Shown: piece by piece, positions 1 through 10,354 of the stretch
Layout: each line of letters begins with the position of its first letter
Position numbering within the stretch: the first letter of the stretch is position 1
Origin: an uncultured Spirochaetota bacterium
GTDB lineage: Bacteria; Spirochaetota; Brevinematia; Brevinematales; JAOACQ01
Reading direction: 5' to 3'
NCBI GenBank assembly: GCA_963783575.1
Contig: CAWAOD010000009.1
Location: 608,001-672,000, forward strand
DNA length: 64,000 bases
Program-made: the position numbers and the translations under genes
Notes under the pieces: model-generated
Databases searched by the model: none
What the model saw: only the letters and a program-made list of their open reading frames with translations
What the model was told of the DNA's origin: nothing

Positions 1-421
1 TCAGGTCTTTAGTAAAAACAAGAATATCATTTCGCTTAGTCCAGCCTGTTTTATTCCAGAAAGTTTGTCCCAACTCATTATCTTTTACGACAAATAGATG
101 GCATCTTAATATTCCTTTTTTTCCCAAATTTTTAATTGCCTTATCGATAAGCTTTTTCCCTACTCCTTTCATTCTGAAAGCCGGATCTACAGCAAGGTGA
201 TATATAAACCCGCGTCTTCCATCATGACCACAAAGTACAGTTCCAATGACTTTTCCTCCGGTTTCTGATACAAAACTCATCCCGGGATTTCTGTCCAGAA
301 ATATTTTTATGTTTTCTTTATTGTCGGATTCATTCAATCTTATGCCGGATGTAATACTCAATAATTCATATGATACCTCATAATCAAGAATTGTCATCTC
401 CCGGATTGTAAAGCCGGACAT
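1..421 (-). CDS. GNAT family N-acetyltransferase (YpeA-like); 3' end runs off the window
   Basis: Not in the ORF track. Manual translation from ATG at 421 (GGAG RBS): MSGFTIREMT...IGTVLCGHDGRRGFIYHLAVDPAFRMKGVGKKLI...FWNKTGW, with the GNAT acetyl-CoA motif. Confidence 0.85.
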   Translation of the reverse strand, partial: MSGFTIREMTILDYEVSYELLSITSGIRLNESDNKENIKIFLDRNPGMSFVSETGGKVIGTVLCGHDGRRGFIYHLAVDPAFRMKGVGKKLIDKAIKNLGKKGILRCHLFVVKDNELGQTFWNKTGWTKRNDILVFTKDL

Positions 422-454
422 AAAAACTCCTCTATATTAAATACATGCTTTTTG

Positions 455-1204
455 TCAAGCACTCAATAATAAAAAATATATCGTCATATCAGCAAAAATG
501 TGTGTAACAACCGGTGCCAGCATACCGCCGGAAGCACTCCGGATCAATCCTATGAAAAATCCATATATCCCTGCCAGCATCATACCGCTGATTCCCCTGG
601 GAAATCCATGGTAATGGATTAGTCCGAAGAATACTGATTGGATTATATTGATCAGAATTAAATTAATAAAAATCATTTCCAGTTCATTCCACAAAATACC
701 TCTTAAAATGAACTCTTCGCATATTGTGTTAAAAATTGAAAACAATACCCCGGCAATAATAATCAGTATAATATTGTTGTGGGGAAGCATTTTTGTGAGA
801 TCTCCGACATCCGGTTTTGAGAAAATAAACCAGAGTGTAAGGCCGATGGAACTCAAAACAATTGTAGGAATCATTAATAAAAGGGTAATTTTGTTAAATC
901 TCCCGATTTTTAGCCAGGTTGTTTCGTCCCTTACCGGTTTTGAAAAGCCGAATATAATGAAATAGATTAGTAAAGGTGCTAAAAATGAAAAAGGCCAAGG
1001 TAAACTGATACAAATCCCAATAAAAAAAATTACCCAGAAAAAAGAGACGCTGAAAAGTTGAAATTGATTCCGGAAAAAATAAATCTCTATTACAAGACAA
1101 GGTATGAGTAAAAGCCAGGAATATGGACTGTTATAAAATAGCGTGAAAAATGGAATAATGATTGTTAATAATAATAATATCGAATTAAAATATTTATTTT
1201 TCAT
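455..1204 (-). CDS. CPBP/Abi family intramembrane glutamic endopeptidase
   Basis: Hydrophobic protein with EEFILRG, FGLIH and HIFAD motifs. Confidence 0.85.
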   Translation of the reverse strand: MKNKYFNSILLLLTIIIPFFTLFYNSPYSWLLLIPCLVIEIYFFRNQFQLFSVSFFWVIFFIGICISLPWPFSFLAPLLIYFIIFGFSKPVRDETTWLKIGRFNKITLLLMIPTIVLSSIGLTLWFIFSKPDVGDLTKMLPHNNIILIIIAGVLFSIFNTICEEFILRGILWNELEMIFINLILINIIQSVFFGLIHYHGFPRGISGMMLAGIYGFFIGLIRSASGGMLAPVVTHIFADMTIYFLLLSA

Positions 1205-1475
1205 AACTCAAATCCGGGTGATTTATTATTCAACTTTTAAAAATATCAATTTGATGGTAATAATTATATTAACTAAATCTCTAAATAAATTCCAATTATT
1301 ATACTTTTAGCAGCTCAAAATCTCATTAACACTATTTTAAATAAACTTAAATAATATTAATATTGCTTTTTTGACCTAAATTACCCGGTAATATAAAATA
1401 TATGTCTATTTGAAGCTTTCATATCACTTTAATAAATATATTCAAAGTTAACATAATAAATTAAGGACTGTTAAT

Positions 1476-4295
1476 ATGAAATATTTATTTTGTTTATTTC
1501 TTTTAATTTTACCTATATGCCTTAATGCAGGGATATTCGGCGATTCACTTGCTAAGCCCGGCCAGAAGATTTCTGTAATAAAAACAGAAAATTTTGATTT
1601 TATTTTTCCCGAATCATCCCGGGAAACTGCTGAATATCTGGCATCAAAAGCGGATAATATTTATAACCGTCTTGCAGGTGAATATCATATGCCACGTCAA
1701 TTCAGGGTACCGGTTGTAATAACTCCGGATATAGGCTTTTTGAACAGTGCTTACGAAATAGCCCCTTTCCCGAAAATCGTGATTCTTGATTTTCCATATT
1801 CGGCAGATAACAGCCTTGGCAACCAATCAAACTGGATTATCGATGTTTTTACGCATGAATTGACCCATACAGTAAGTTTGAGCTGCGGTGACGGTACAGG
1901 CGATGTATTGCGCATTCTTTTCGGCGAATGGGTAATGGATTCATTAATGCAGCCTGTCCGCCCGGGTTTCCTTATCGAGGGAGCCGCTGTCAGCAGTGAA
2001 AGTTCAGAAGGCTTCGGCAGAGCCAACGACCCGATTGTCAGGAACACAATCCAGCAGGACATTCTTGAGGGAAAAGAAAAAAATCCTATTCAGGCATCTT
2101 ATGCATATGACCTTTACGGTGAGGGAAATATCTATTATTTTTATGGAGGGGTTTTCTGCCAGTATATACAGAGGAAATATGGCATGGACAAGTTTTCTCA
2201 ACTCTGGCATGTTACGGGAAGCCTTTCAATCGAATATATTTTCGGCTTTTCAAGTATTTTCCAGAGTATTTACGGAACTTCCCTTGACTGGGAGTGGATG
2301 CTCTTCCTTCAGGAATTAGGTAATGCAGCCCAGCCTGCAGGCGTGACAAGAAATGTCGCAGTAATTACGCATGACTACCGGATATTGTATTCGCTTTGCG
2401 CAGCTGGTAAAAATTTGTATTATAATGATGAAACGGACGGAAAGGTCAGGAAGTATGAATTATCCAGCCGGAAGACATCAACCCTTTTAGACTTTAATGC
2501 TGAAACAATATCTCCTTCGGAGGATGCAAAAAGCCTTGGGATAACTTTTACTGTGATGAAAGGCCAGTTTCCATACAGGATCGGCCGTATTTACAACCTT
2601 GAAAAGCAGAGACTTAATTCACGAGAATATACTAACGCTATGGAAATCCTGCCTCTTTCAAACGGCAATATTCTGGAAATACGGCACCGGCTACATTTTA
2701 CCGATCTGGTCATGATTTCAAAGGATGGTTCTGAGAATGTTTTAATCAGCGGAAACAATGCGCTGAACTTAAGCGACCTAACATCCTATGGATCAGGAAA
2801 AATTGCTTTTCTGATGGATGATCATGGGAAAAGAAGTATCAAAATTCTGGATATTGAATCCGGTAAATTATTTTCTTTTGAAGGGCTTCCCGATTCGGTA
2901 AAATTTATAAGAGGTCTTTCATTAGACAACGGCAATCTGTTTTTTGTTTATGAGAATACAGGGTCGCTTTACAAACTGGGAATGATTAAAGGAGATCAAG
3001 CGATATTATGTACAAATATATATAGCGGAGGAGTTTTCAATCCCGTCAGCATTGACGGATCGATTTATTATATAGCAAATTTCTCCGAAGGTCAGAAAAT
3101 CGCAAAATATCCGGAAGCTGAAGCTGATTTAACCGGAATTCGATATGAGGTTGCATTAAAAGAATACTCAAGTAAAATTGACGAACCCTTTTTGACGGCT
3201 GAATCTCAAGTAAATTCAATCAAAAATACAGAATATTCTCCATGGAACTATGCATTTCTTGATTCCCGCTATCCGGTAACTTCTCTTGGCAGGAACCTGG
3301 TTCCTGACAGCCTGGGTTTGGGTTTTATTTTCGGTGATGCAATGGAAGAAAACAGTGTTAATATTGAAGCTTCATTTAATTATATGGCGCTTCACCCCGA
3401 TATCTTATTAGACTGGCAGAATACATCCCTTCCTTATCATCCCGGGCTGGTTTTTTCCGATCAGGCCGTATATTACGGATCATTGGACAGATATGTCCGT
3501 GAAACCACCGCTCTTGCTTCTGTAAGTTCTGTCTGGTATTTTTTTAATGATTCCGCGATTTTTGCAGGATTGGCTGCAAGCTACGGTATTGCTGCTGTCG
3601 ATCCGGGAACAGGCCAGATACCATATTACTGGCATTATCAATATCAAAATACAGTTGCCGAAGGGTACCTTGGATATTCAAGCCTATACATTAAACCATC
3701 CAGATTTTACGAGGCCGAAGGTCTTCAAACGGTAACATATCTGGATTATCAGTTTGAAAGCAGAACTTATAAATCTGAGACGCTTCTGCAATTTTATCCC
3801 GGATTACCCTGGCCGGATTATTTCCTGCTGTCCGCAGCTTATAGTCCCTCAGCGGTTTTCAATCCTTCTTCCCAGAGCCTGACTTTCGGGCAGGACCACT
3901 ATCCTGCTTACTGGGAATATTACAACTTTCCGAAATACTCCAATTATTATTTTGGAGGCGAATGGAACAATCTATTATACAGCTGGGAAATTCAGAACGG
4001 ATTCTGGCATTTGTATTTTAATAGGCTCTATTTTACTGCCGGCTATAGATATGCTTATCTGGCTGATACTTATTTGAATTCGATTTTTATAAGGATGAGC
4101 CTAAATTTCGGACATCCGAATTATTCAGGCGGTGTAACCCCATGCTTTGAAGTTTTTTATCGATTGAACGACGGCGATGCCGGATGTTTTTTCAATCTTG
4201 TCATTGTCGATCTCGCCCTATTATTTCAGGATAAACAAGGTTTATTCAAGGATAAACAGGGATCGGATGGGGTGAAAAAACATCCGGAATGGTAA
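1476..4295 (+). CDS. Large exported protein: zincin-like HExxH domain, TolB-like propeller and aromatic-rich, probably beta-barrel C-terminus
   Basis: Signal peptide, FTHELTH...EGAAV motif, Tyr/Phe-rich alternating C-terminal strands. Confidence 0.6.
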   Translation: MKYLFCLFLLILPICLNAGIFGDSLAKPGQKISVIKTENFDFIFPESSRETAEYLASKADNIYNRLAGEYHMPRQFRVPVVITPDIGFLNSAYEIAPFPKIVILDFPYSADNSLGNQSNWIIDVFTHELTHTVSLSCGDGTGDVLRILFGEWVMDSLMQPVRPGFLIEGAAVSSESSEGFGRANDPIVRNTIQQDILEGKEKNPIQASYAYDLYGEGNIYYFYGGVFCQYIQRKYGMDKFSQLWHVTGSLSIEYIFGFSSIFQSIYGTSLDWEWMLFLQELGNAAQPAGVTRNVAVITHDYRILYSLCAAGKNLYYNDETDGKVRKYELSSRKTSTLLDFNAETISPSEDAKSLGITFTVMKGQFPYRIGRIYNLEKQRLNSREYTNAMEILPLSNGNILEIRHRLHFTDLVMISKDGSENVLISGNNALNLSDLTSYGSGKIAFLMDDHGKRSIKILDIESGKLFSFEGLPDSVKFIRGLSLDNGNLFFVYENTGSLYKLGMIKGDQAILCTNIYSGGVFNPVSIDGSIYYIANFSEGQKIAKYPEAEADLTGIRYEVALKEYSSKIDEPFLTAESQVNSIKNTEYSPWNYAFLDSRYPVTSLGRNLVPDSLGLGFIFGDAMEENSVNIEASFNYMALHPDILLDWQNTSLPYHPGLVFSDQAVYYGSLDRYVRETTALASVSSVWYFFNDSAIFAGLAASYGIAAVDPGTGQIPYYWHYQYQNTVAEGYLGYSSLYIKPSRFYEAEGLQTVTYLDYQFESRTYKSETLLQFYPGLPWPDYFLLSAAYSPSAVFNPSSQSLTFGQDHYPAYWEYYNFPKYSNYYFGGEWNNLLYSWEIQNGFWHLYFNRLYFTAGYRYAYLADTYLNSIFIRMSLNFGHPNYSGGVTPCFEVFYRLNDGDAGCFFNLVIVDLALLFQDKQGLFKDKQGSDGVKKHPEW

Positions 4296-4388
4296 GTGAA
4301 TAAACTAAATAACTGTAAAAAAGGGAAAGAGCGTATACTCATTCCCATAGATATAACTTTGTTGAAATGTTTAATATTACTGTATATA

Positions 4389-4615
4389 TTATTTCGCTGA
4401 CGACACAATTAAGTAAAATGCGCCAAAACCTGCAGCCGCTCCAAGACAGCATCCTCCTGAAGCATATAATAGATTATTCATCTTTGCCTTATCTTTATAT
4501 CCTTCATTAAATCCCATAACATAATCGGCTGATTTTCCTATTAGTGCTTCCATGGGTGCGTTTGCCGGAACTAAAGCCGCAACAACGACATCGACGATAT
4601 CAATATATAAGACCT
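4389..4615 (-). pseudogene. 5'-truncated remnant of the 5739-8517 membrane-protein paralog family
   Basis: Manual translation ...VPANAPMEALIGKSADYVMGFNEGYKDKAKMNNLLYASGGCCLGAAAG...* aligns with PVEDLMGKSSSYVLGYTDGFKESAKGANFKYAMYGCGV. The N-terminus is missing. Confidence 0.7.
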
Positions 4616-4811
4616 AATAGCTGAATCTCAAAACGGTTCTCTAATAATAACTAATTTTCTGACATCAAATAACTTTTTTAGTTAATAAGAATAGCTTCTC
4701 AGGCAAAATAAAGAGCGAAGAGCTTGACATTTACAAGTATATTATATCCATGCTTTATTAGGTATGATAATGATATTACTTATGAATTGAAATAAATTTT
4801 CTAATTAAACA

Positions 4812-5414
4812 TTACATAGAAATTGAATTGTAAGCATCAATAAATTTTTGTTCCTTTAATTTTTCAGCTATTTGAATCTGAATTAGATCAAGAACATATT
4901 TATAGCCATCTTCAATTTCGTTCATACCTACTAATGGTACTGTTGTTTTTTCGGAATAGGCAACTTCACTCCATAAAGCCGGTAAATCAGAAGATTTTTT
5001 AAGTTCCATCAATAACTTCATTTCAATATTATAGGCCATATATCCGTCACACCAAAAGTAGACAATGCCAATATTCAGCTGAGGAATATTTTGAGAATCA
5101 TCAATCGGTTCATAACCGACTGATCTCAAACAATCACTGATCATATTTTTAATAGTAGTTAAAGGCAACGGGGATTTTACTTCCAATGCGAAAGGCATAC
5201 CATATGTATTCCTGACAACGCCTACCTGAGATGGGTTATTTCTTCCCTTATCCTGGGATCTTAAATCTTTTATTATCAGAACTATTGGTTTTTTCCCTGA
5301 TACTTGCTCTGAAGGCCTTGTATAATGTAATGTTAGCGAACAACCGCTTAAAGAAAAAGCGATAAAACCTGTCATTAAAATAATTAAATACTTAAACTTA
5401 CCACACATAAACAC
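4812..5414 (-). CDS. Putative lipoprotein (YajG-like)
   Basis: Lipobox LSGC, IKDLR...VGVVRNTYGMP motif, GGAGG RBS. Start could be the ATG at 5408. Confidence 0.55.
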   Translation of the reverse strand: MFMCGKFKYLIILMTGFIAFSLSGCSLTLHYTRPSEQVSGKKPIVLIIKDLRSQDKGRNNPSQVGVVRNTYGMPFALEVKSPLPLTTIKNMISDCLRSVGYEPIDDSQNIPQLNIGIVYFWCDGYMAYNIEMKLLMELKKSSDLPALWSEVAYSEKTTVPLVGMNEIEDGYKYVLDLIQIQIAEKLKEQKFIDAYNSISM

Positions 5415-5575
5415 CCTCCAAAAAACATAATATAAAATTGAGAATCAAATTGCCTTATAATAAATCTAATCGAAAATGAATTCATTGCCTCGAAATATAC
5501 ACGAAAATTGTTCAAAAAGCAAACCACTACCTTCAACTCCTTCAAGACAATATCTTATATATAAATTAATTTAAA

Positions 5576-5714
5576 GATGGTTCGAAAATCTCATTGAACC
5601 AATATTCTAAAAAATGGAACTGTCCTTAATTTTTTGTAAATATATATGAAAGAAAATCAAAAACTTCATCAGTATTTAAATAGGCATTTTAATAATGAGT
5701 TATTAGAAGTGACT
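5576..5714. mobile_element. Degenerate copy of the 7903-8059 MITE
   Basis: Shares GTTCGAAAATCTCATT, GGAACTGT, AAAAACTTCATCA and AATGAGTT..TAGA.GTG blocks with 7903-8059. Confidence 0.65.
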
Positions 5715-5738
5715 AAAATTAAATACTAATATAGTTTA

Positions 5739-6194
5739 TTATCTGCTGCTTGAAGCTGATGCACCAATGATAATTACATACAAAATTACTTCAGCTGCGG
5801 CGCTTACACCACATCCATACATGGCATATTTAAAATTAGCTCCCTTTGCACTTTCTTTAAATCCATCTGTGTATCCTAAAACATAAGAGGAAGATTTTCC
5901 CATCAAATCTTCGACCGGTACAGTCGGATCAATAACATATGGGAGGATTATTCCTAAAACACCGAGCAAACAACCACTGAAAAACCAAGCTCCATTTCCT
6001 GCTTTAGCGCCTTTAGCCATCCCTTCAATTTTGCCTTTTACGAAATCATCGGTTGAGGATGTTGATGCATTTGTCGATGTTTCTACAGGAGCAACATTTG
6101 TGGAAACAGTATTGGTATCTGAAAATACAACTAATGGCAGAAGCAGCAGATTACCTGCCAATACAACGGCTAAAATTCTTTTTGATAATCCCAT
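5739..6194 (-). CDS. Exported/membrane protein, paralog family member (signal, T/N linker, GAWFFSGCLL membrane domain)
   Basis: Near-identical domain in 6422-7813 and 8082-8517. Confidence 0.75.
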   Translation of the reverse strand: MGLSKRILAVVLAGNLLLLPLVVFSDTNTVSTNVAPVETSTNASTSSTDDFVKGKIEGMAKGAKAGNGAWFFSGCLLGVLGIILPYVIDPTVPVEDLMGKSSSYVLGYTDGFKESAKGANFKYAMYGCGVSAAAEVILYVIIIGASASSSR

Positions 6195-6421
6195 TCTGTA
6201 ATCCTCCTAAAATAAAAAATATATATTATTATTAATTATTATTTTTGATTTGTCAATATTTAATGTGGTATAATAAAATAAATTCATAATTGTAAAACAT
6301 TATTATTTCAAAGTATTTAACTAAATATAGATACACGCTTTATTGTCATATAAAACCAACAAATAAACCGGCAACAAAATGAAGTAATTTTACTTCCGTT
6401 CAAAATAAAGAGTTAAGCATA

Positions 6422-7813
6422 TTAAATTATTAAAATTATAATCCCGACAGCAGCACCAACGCCGCAGCCTATAAGGGCATAATTAAAGTTAGCCGACTTA
6501 GCTTTTTCATTGAAACCGTCAGTGAATCCTAATACATAAGAGGAAGATTTCCCGATCAAATCCTCGGTCGGTAAAGTCGGATCAATCATATAGGGCAGAA
6601 TTAGCCCAATAACACTCAGTAAGCATCCGCTGAAAAACCAGGCCCCATTCCCTGATTTAGCGCCTTTAATCATACCATCCATTTTACCTTTGACGTAATC
6701 ATCTGTTTTGGCAGATGCTGAAGGTACGGTAGTATTTGTAACTATACTGTTTGTAATTACATTTGTAAGAGTGTTTTCTTTTCCGGCATCAAACACTAAT
6801 TCATAATTCTTACCTTCTTCAATGTTTATTGCTTTTATACCCAGAACTTTACCGCTGTTTTCAATCCTGATAAGGTTAGAAACTCCGGCACGGACATTAC
6901 TAAGGTTCAATTCACCGTTTATGTCGGCTTTGCCTGAAGATACATTATTAATAAATATCTCTGACATTGGCTTTGTTTTAACTGATAAAGAACCGGAAGG
7001 AAAATAATCAAGTGCATAAACCTCTCCCTCTTTAACTGTAATAAAATTGCGATAAACTTCTTTTTCGACGCCCTGGCCGGGAATCCTCAATGAGATTTCG
7101 TTTGCCGAATCAGCTACTATACTGTCCATATAACCTGCGTTTTTATTGATTTCTTTCTGAAAATTTCCATTTATAAAAAGCTTATAGTCCCTATTCTCAG
7201 ACTCAATATCGACCTTAAGCTTTCCAGTTGTTATTGTTCTACCCAGGATTAAGGAACTGATGTTCTTTATCAACTTATCAATAGTATCGAAAATATCAAC
7301 CCCGGCTTTATCTTCGTACTTTCTTTTCAGAATAAGGTCTCCCGTAGTGACATCATACACATAAACATTAATCAGAATGGTATCTTTTTGCTTGTTGACC
7401 TTATAATCCCCAACGATGATGTGTTTGGCTTTCATCAAAAGCCCCATGTCGAGAGCTGTGTTAATATCTAGTTTTTTTGATTCCCAGAAATTGTTCTGTT
7501 TGGCATGTTTTTCCACATCATCAAATTCTATAATCTTCACACCGGGTACTTTCGAGAGAAAAATTATCATAGACTTACTGATGACAAGATTTATATCTTT
7601 ATCCGGCTTATCGCCCATATTAATAAAACCGATAACGGCAAGGGTCTGTTTATCTTCTAAAGTTGATAAAGATCCGCTGCCTGATTTATTGTCTTTAATC
7701 ATAACATTTGCCGTATTAGTTGAAACAGTATTCGTATCTGAATAAACAAATAACGGTACAAACAAAATGTTATATATCAAAACAGCCGACAGAATTTTTT
7801 TTAATACTCCCAT
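6422..7813 (-). CDS. Paralog family member with inserted TolB_N/CsgG-like and PEGA-like domains
   Basis: Same N-terminus and C-terminal domain as 5739-6194. Insert has LAVIGFIN...IIVGDY...YDVTTG and GSLSVKTKPMSEIFINN. Confidence 0.7.
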   Translation of the reverse strand: MGVLKKILSAVLIYNILFVPLFVYSDTNTVSTNTANVMIKDNKSGSGSLSTLEDKQTLAVIGFINMGDKPDKDINLVISKSMIIFLSKVPGVKIIEFDDVEKHAKQNNFWESKKLDINTALDMGLLMKAKHIIVGDYKVNKQKDTILINVYVYDVTTGDLILKRKYEDKAGVDIFDTIDKLIKNISSLILGRTITTGKLKVDIESENRDYKLFINGNFQKEINKNAGYMDSIVADSANEISLRIPGQGVEKEVYRNFITVKEGEVYALDYFPSGSLSVKTKPMSEIFINNVSSGKADINGELNLSNVRAGVSNLIRIENSGKVLGIKAINIEEGKNYELVFDAGKENTLTNVITNSIVTNTTVPSASAKTDDYVKGKMDGMIKGAKSGNGAWFFSGCLLSVIGLILPYMIDPTLPTEDLIGKSSSYVLGFTDGFNEKAKSANFNYALIGCGVGAAVGIIILII

Positions 7814-7902
7814 ACTGAAATCCTCCCCTAAATTAAAATAATTTTAAATATTATTTAATAATATTCCTGATTTGTCAATATTGCCGGTTTAAAATCCTAT
7901 AT

Positions 7903-8059
7903 GGGCAGTTCGAAAATCTCATTAAAATCAGTTTTTATAAAACGGAACTGTGGGCTTTTATTATTGCCCTTAAGTTTTTATAAATATATATAAAAGAAAG
8001 ATAAAAACTTCATCAATATTTAAACAAACACCTCTAAAAATGAGTTTTTAGAGGTGCCC
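7903..8059. mobile_element. MITE (157 bp) with terminal inverted repeats and ATAT flanking duplication
   Basis: Left end GGGCAGTTCGAAAATCTCATT vs right end (revcomp) GGGCACCTCTAAAAACTCATT. ATAT at 7899-7902 and 8060-8063. Perfect 12-bp hairpin at 8029-8056. Confidence 0.75.
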
Positions 8060-8081
8060 ATATTAAGCCAAAATTATAAAA

Positions 8082-8517
8082 TCACATAAGGGGACCGCCG
8101 GAAGAATAAGCCGCAAAAACAATGATGAAATATATAGCGACATCCGCCGCCGCATTTACGCCGCACCCGTATAGGGCGTATTTTAAGCTAGAAGCCTTTG
8201 CCTTTTCAATAAACCCTTCAGTATAACCTTAAAACGTAAGAGGAAGGTTTACCTATAAGATCGTTGTTTGGAACTGATGGATCTATAGCGCAGGGCAGAA
8301 TTAAACCAATTACACTCAATAAAAACCCGCTAAAAAACCAATATCTATCGCCTGAATTGGAGCCCTTGATCATCCCCTCCATTTTGCCTTTTACAAAATC
8401 ATCCATGGATAGTTCAGCATTGTATGCTAAAATATTGGTTTCTGAAAAAACCAATAGCGGCAGAATCAATAAATTGAAGGTTATTATGGAAGACAAAGTC
8501 CTTTTTAATAATCCCAT
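8082..8517 (-). pseudogene. Paralog family member with a +1 frameshift near 8229 (possibly a sequencing error)
   Basis: Removing one base restores ...SYVLGYTEGFIEKAKASSLKYALYGCGVNAAADVAIYFIIVFAAYSSGGPLM*, with the stop at 8082. Confidence 0.75.
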
Positions 8518-8611
8518 TCTGAAATTCTCCGTTAATAAAGATCCTCAAGGCAAAGCCTCAAGGTATTAAAATCAGAAAAACTGAAAGCCCAAGCTCAATC
8601 CTTAAAAAGAT

Positions 8612-9487
8612 CTAATAATTCATTTCTATTAAAATATCGTTAAGGAATTTTGTGTTTATTTTTTCATTATGGTCTTCGGCTATCTTTCTTGCATTTTGAA
8701 TATTCCCGGAATAATAGCGGTCCATAACAAACATTCCGACAAGAATCGCATCGGCATAATTTCCTGAAAGAATACTTGAATAGATGTAAACAATAATAGC
8801 GCTGTTCAAAGCCAGTGCGTTCAAACCGCTCAAAAAGTTTCCGGCATAAATCTGGCCTGAGCCTATTATAAAAGTTGATAACCATCCTGCCAATTCCGGC
8901 GATTTATAATCCGCTTTTTCAGCTTCTTTGAGTTTTAAACGTATAAAAGAGGCCATTTTTAATCCTGTTCTCTGGAAAGTCTGAGGATTTACCTGATTCC
9001 AATAATCCAGGTAACGGTTAAATGCCTGATCCGCACTGGTCCATTCGGAATTTATAATATAAGATAGGAATAAAAGGAAAGCAGCCTGTTTTTTTATATC
9101 CGGATCATCCTGGAAATTCTCAAGCTCCAGTAATTCCATCCGAACTTCGCTTTTATTGTAATCATTAATTCTGGTATATTGTATTTCAAGGGTATAAATA
9201 TTTTTAATCTTTTCATCTTCAACTGCTGTTCTGGCAGCTTCAAGAAGAGACAGGCACAAGTCTTTCTTGCCTGATTTACGGTAAGTTCCGGCTATTTCTA
9301 TAATAAGTGATGTATTTGTATAGCTATCCGGATGAAAAAAAAGATAGCGCTTATATTCATGCGCCGCGTTTTCAAAATTTCCATTGCGGTTGAGTTCTCT
9401 CGCCAGTATAAGTTCGGAATCTTCAGTATAAACAAAATTGAAAAATACAATCATTAACAAAATGTTTATAATGATTTTATTTATCAT
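8612..9487 (-). CDS. TPR protein with C-terminal TM2-like membrane segment
   Basis: AAHEYKRYLFFHP TPR-like helix and KSPELAGWLSTFIIGSGQIYAG motif. Confidence 0.65.
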   Translation of the reverse strand: MINKIIINILLMIVFFNFVYTEDSELILARELNRNGNFENAAHEYKRYLFFHPDSYTNTSLIIEIAGTYRKSGKKDLCLSLLEAARTAVEDEKIKNIYTLEIQYTRINDYNKSEVRMELLELENFQDDPDIKKQAAFLLFLSYIINSEWTSADQAFNRYLDYWNQVNPQTFQRTGLKMASFIRLKLKEAEKADYKSPELAGWLSTFIIGSGQIYAGNFLSGLNALALNSAIIVYIYSSILSGNYADAILVGMFVMDRYYSGNIQNARKIAEDHNEKINTKFLNDILIEMNY

Positions 9488-10346
9488 AGCTATTCAGAAC
9501 CTTATCCATTTTTTCATCCAGTTCTTTTTTCATGTGGTTATTATAGTCATCGGCTGCAATATATGAACCATATATATCACCGGTATAGAAAACAAATCCA
9601 AGCGAAGCTGTTACCCATCCCCTGACAGATGAAATATTTTCCTGGGAGAAATAATAAGCGGAAAAAAGAGCAAATGACGCGACAGTTACAAAGGAAAAAA
9701 GGCCGTCAAAAGGCCTGTCGGTATAAAATTTTCCGCTTCCGGGAATAATTACCGAAAAAATTGATGCCAATACCGGATTTTTCGATTGAATCCTCTTATG
9801 ATTCTTATAAAATTCCTGAAATTCGGAAAAAATCAGGTTTCTATCAACCGGAAGTATCTCCGTGGGAAGTGAAAACAGCTTATCACCCTGCTCTTTAACC
9901 CCCAACCGGAAATAATCCAACCCGGCAAGAAATGACCAGTCGTTTAAAAATGGAAAAGTATCATAATTCTTATTAATAATGTCCAATGAAGAATTATAAT
10001 TGCTGGATTCTGCAAAACAAACAGCCAGATTTAGTTTTGCATTTTCTTCAAGCGAAGAGCCGGGGAATTTATTGAGAAATGTGATATAAAATGCTGAAGC
10101 CTTTTGAGGAAGTCCTGATTTTTGATAACATCTTCCGATTTTATAAACGCTTCCCGAAAAGTAAGGCTCAATAGGATATAAGGCAATAAGCCGCTGAAAT
10201 TCCAATGATGCTCCTGAATAATCACCCTCGGCATAAAGACTTTCAGCAAAACGGTTAATGGAATCCGCCGAGAAATAATCTGTTTCTCCAAAGATTTTAA
10301 TATTTGAAATTAGTAATAAAAATAATAAAAGCGATGGTTTTATCAT
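9477..10346 (-). CDS. TPR (BamD/CpoB-like) protein with C-terminal TM2-like segment
   Basis: FAESLYAEGDYSGASLEFQRL, FLNKFPGS and KNPVLASIFSVIIPGSGKFY. Confidence 0.65.
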   Translation of the reverse strand: MIKPSLLLFLLLISNIKIFGETDYFSADSINRFAESLYAEGDYSGASLEFQRLIALYPIEPYFSGSVYKIGRCYQKSGLPQKASAFYITFLNKFPGSSLEENAKLNLAVCFAESSNYNSSLDIINKNYDTFPFLNDWSFLAGLDYFRLGVKEQGDKLFSLPTEILPVDRNLIFSEFQEFYKNHKRIQSKNPVLASIFSVIIPGSGKFYTDRPFDGLFSFVTVASFALFSAYYFSQENISSVRGWVTASLGFVFYTGDIYGSYIAADDYNNHMKKELDEKMDKVLNSYDK

Positions 10347-10354
10347 AAAACTTC

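Noticed and set aside
1309..1330. AAAATCTCATTAA resembling the MITE left end
   Set aside because: Too short, with no matching right end.
1445..1472. dif-like XerD arm (TTATGTTAACT on the minus strand)
   Set aside because: No properly spaced XerC arm, and it overlaps an RBS in AT-rich sequence.
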